From NCBI GenBank assembly GCA_963636275.1, contig CAVHJF010000004.1:31802-95801 (forward strand): a stretch of 64,000 nucleotides of DNA, given 5' to 3'. Under the pieces are notes generated by a model. It worked only from the letters and a program-made list of their open reading frames with translations, was not told where the DNA came from and did no database searches. Within the stretch, counting starts at the first letter, position 1; each line of letters starts with the position of its first letter. This document shows, one piece after another, positions 62,009 through 64,000 of the stretch. A program made the translations under genes and the position numbers. The stretch is from Acutalibacteraceae bacterium (lineage in GTDB: Bacteria > Bacteroidota > Bacteroidia > Bacteroidales > UBA932).

Positions 62009-64000
62009 ATGCAAGTGCTTAAATTCGGCGGCAGTTCGGTCGCCAATGCGAAAAATATGTCGAAGGTTGCGGATATAGTTTCCGTAGCCGTTGAAAAAGA
62101 TCGCACAATTCTGGTATGTTCTGCAATAAGCGGTTTTACGGATGCACTCATTCATATCGGCCGTCTCGCTTCTGCCAAGAATAAAGAGTATGAGACAGTT
62201 ATAGATGAATACTGCAAGCGTCACATCGACATTATACACGAACTTCTGCCTATCGAGAAGCACGAGGAACTTACGGATTTCTGCAAAGAAAGTTTTTCGT
62301 CATTGAAGAGCATTGCATACGGTGTATATCTTTTGGGCGAATTGAGTCCTGCCAGTCTGGATGCCATAACATCTTTCGGCGAGATACTTTCGACAAGGAT
62401 AATCGCCACGAAACTTGCATCAGTCGGCATCGCAGCAAAGTGGGTGGATGCAAGGAAACTTATAAAGGTGGCCCAGCGTATAGAACTTGGTGATACTGCA
62501 GAAGTTGCCGCACCAGCTGCGCCTCCGGTGAATATGAGCGAGACTGCGGAGAACGTTAAGCACCTTGTTGAAGACAATCCGATGATTTCTCTGTTTGTGG
62601 TGCCTGGATTCATCGCTTCTGATGAACGTGGCAGGACCGCAACTCTGGGACGCGGAGGCTCGGACTATACTGCTTCATTGCTTGCCGTGAGCATCAACGC
62701 ACGCCTTCTCGAAATCTGGACAGATGTGCCTGGAATGATGACGGCTAATCCTAAACTTGCTCCTGCAGCCAAGACCATAAGCAACATATCTTACCGTGCG
62801 GCCCTGGAACTCTCGCATTTCGGAGCGAAGGTCATTTATCCTCCTACAATTCAACCGGTTGTGGCTCAGGGAATTCCTATTTATGTCAAGAATACATTCG
62901 ACCCGGAGTCAACCGGTACTCTGATAGAGAAGAACCCGCCACGCTGCAAGAACAAGATTATCGGTATTTCCAACTCTGACAAAATCGCGCTGATTTCATT
63001 GGAGGGTAGCGGTATGGTCGGCATCCCGGGATTCTCAAGCCGACTTTTCGATGCTCTGAGCAGGGATGATATCAATATAATCCTGATTACACAGGCGTCT
63101 TCGGTGCATACGATGTGCATTGCCGTTTCAGAGTCTGATGCTGACAAGGCCAAGGCTGCTGCTGACAGATGCTTTGCTTATGAGATTTCTCTAGGTAAAC
63201 TGAACCCGCTTAAGGTTGAGAAAGGCTTTTCTATATTGTGCCTTGTGGGGGACGACATTATGAGTCAGTACGGAACCACGGGCAGGCTCTTGTCCGCATT
63301 GGCTCGTCACAGTATTCAGATTCGTGCCATCGCGCAGGGCTCTTCAGAGCGTAACGTGTCAGTGATTGTTTCTTCAGAAGATATTCAGTCGGCCGTTCTC
63401 CATACTCACGAAGAGTTTTTCGAGACTTCATCGTTGCGGGATATCAATCTTTTCATAGCCGGATTCGGCACAGTCGGCAAGGCTCTTGTGCAGCTGATTG
63501 CGTGCAACAGGGACAAAATCGCGGAGCGTACCGGCAAGCGTTTGAATATCACAGGAATAAGCAACAGCCGCAAGTATTTCATTTCCAATGATGGAATCAA
63601 CGTGGACAAAAATTCTCCTGTGGAGAGTGTGATGTCGCTTTTATCGGAAGGGGAATCGGCTTCGGACGATGCCTATTTCAAGGCTTTGGCCGGAATATCT
63701 CTGGAGAATTCCGTTTTCGTGGATTGTACCGCAAGTTCGGACATTTCATACAAGTATATCAATCTTTTCCGACGTGGATATTCTGTAGTCGCCTGCAATA
63801 AAATCACGTTTTCGGCGCCATATAAGCAGTATTCTGCATTGAAGCAGTCAGCTTTGGAGACCGGTGCTTCGCTCAAGTACGAGACGACTGTCGGTGCCGC
63901 GTTGCCTATTTTGAGTTCTGTGTCCAGAAGTGTTAATTCCGGAGATAAAATCCATTGCATCCAGGCTGTATTGAGCGGAACTATGAATTATATCTTCAGC
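62009..64000 (+). CDS. thrA: Bifunctional aspartokinase/homoserine dehydrogenase, 3' end outside window
   Basis: MQVLKFGGSSVA, GEILS, TLGRGGSDYTA, WTDVPG, ELSHFGAKV, two ACT domains, GFGTVG, YETTVGA.LP; absent from ORF track because no stop in window. Confidence 0.93.
   Translation, partial: MQVLKFGGSSVANAKNMSKVADIVSVAVEKDRTILVCSAISGFTDALIHIGRLASAKNKEYETVIDEYCKRHIDIIHELLPIEKHEELTDFCKESFSSLKSIAYGVYLLGELSPASLDAITSFGEILSTRIIATKLASVGIAAKWVDARKLIKVAQRIELGDTAEVAAPAAPPVNMSETAENVKHLVEDNPMISLFVVPGFIASDERGRTATLGRGGSDYTASLLAVSINARLLEIWTDVPGMMTANPKLAPAAKTISNISYRAALELSHFGAKVIYPPTIQPVVAQGIPIYVKNTFDPESTGTLIEKNPPRCKNKIIGISNSDKIALISLEGSGMVGIPGFSSRLFDALSRDDINIILITQASSVHTMCIAVSESDADKAKAAADRCFAYEISLGKLNPLKVEKGFSILCLVGDDIMSQYGTTGRLLSALARHSIQIRAIAQGSSERNVSVIVSSEDIQSAVLHTHEEFFETSSLRDINLFIAGFGTVGKALVQLIACNRDKIAERTGKRLNITGISNSRKYFISNDGINVDKNSPVESVMSLLSEGESASDDAYFKALAGISLENSVFVDCTASSDISYKYINLFRRGYSVVACNKITFSAPYKQYSALKQSALETGASLKYETTVGAALPILSSVSRSVNSGDKIHCIQAVLSGTMNYIFS

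Overview
Chromosomal window from a Bacteroidales bacterium, inferred from TAnnTTTG promoters, type V pilins, TonB receptor, GH97 and the V-ATPase gene order. In order it holds: a 7-gene type V (Mfa/Fim-like) pilus cluster with a membrane-bound AraC regulator; a structured non-coding element ahead of a TonB-dependent receptor; a V/A-type ATPase operon; a second AraC + adhesin pair; a YtrA-like GntR/ABC operon; a NigD/ECF-sigma/trans-envelope anti-sigma module; tRNA-Glu; and glmM-namZ-pfkB. Next comes an AT-rich ~10.3 kb surface-fibre cassette (DUF3575-like barrel, OmpA-like/TPR lipoprotein, three coiled-coil/collagen-like lipoproteins with different tips). It is bracketed by imperfect inverted repeats, and its first gene is out of frame at a G6 tract. 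The rest is a GNAT toxin-antitoxin-like pair, a His-rich COG0523 GTPase, a candidate sRNA, sugar-nucleotide genes, two gene remnants, an in-frame GH77-GH97 read-through fusion, and metX-thrA preceded by a Met-rich leader peptide overlapping a terminator-like hairpin (candidate methionine attenuator). All family assignments come from motif recognition by eye; no database searches were run.
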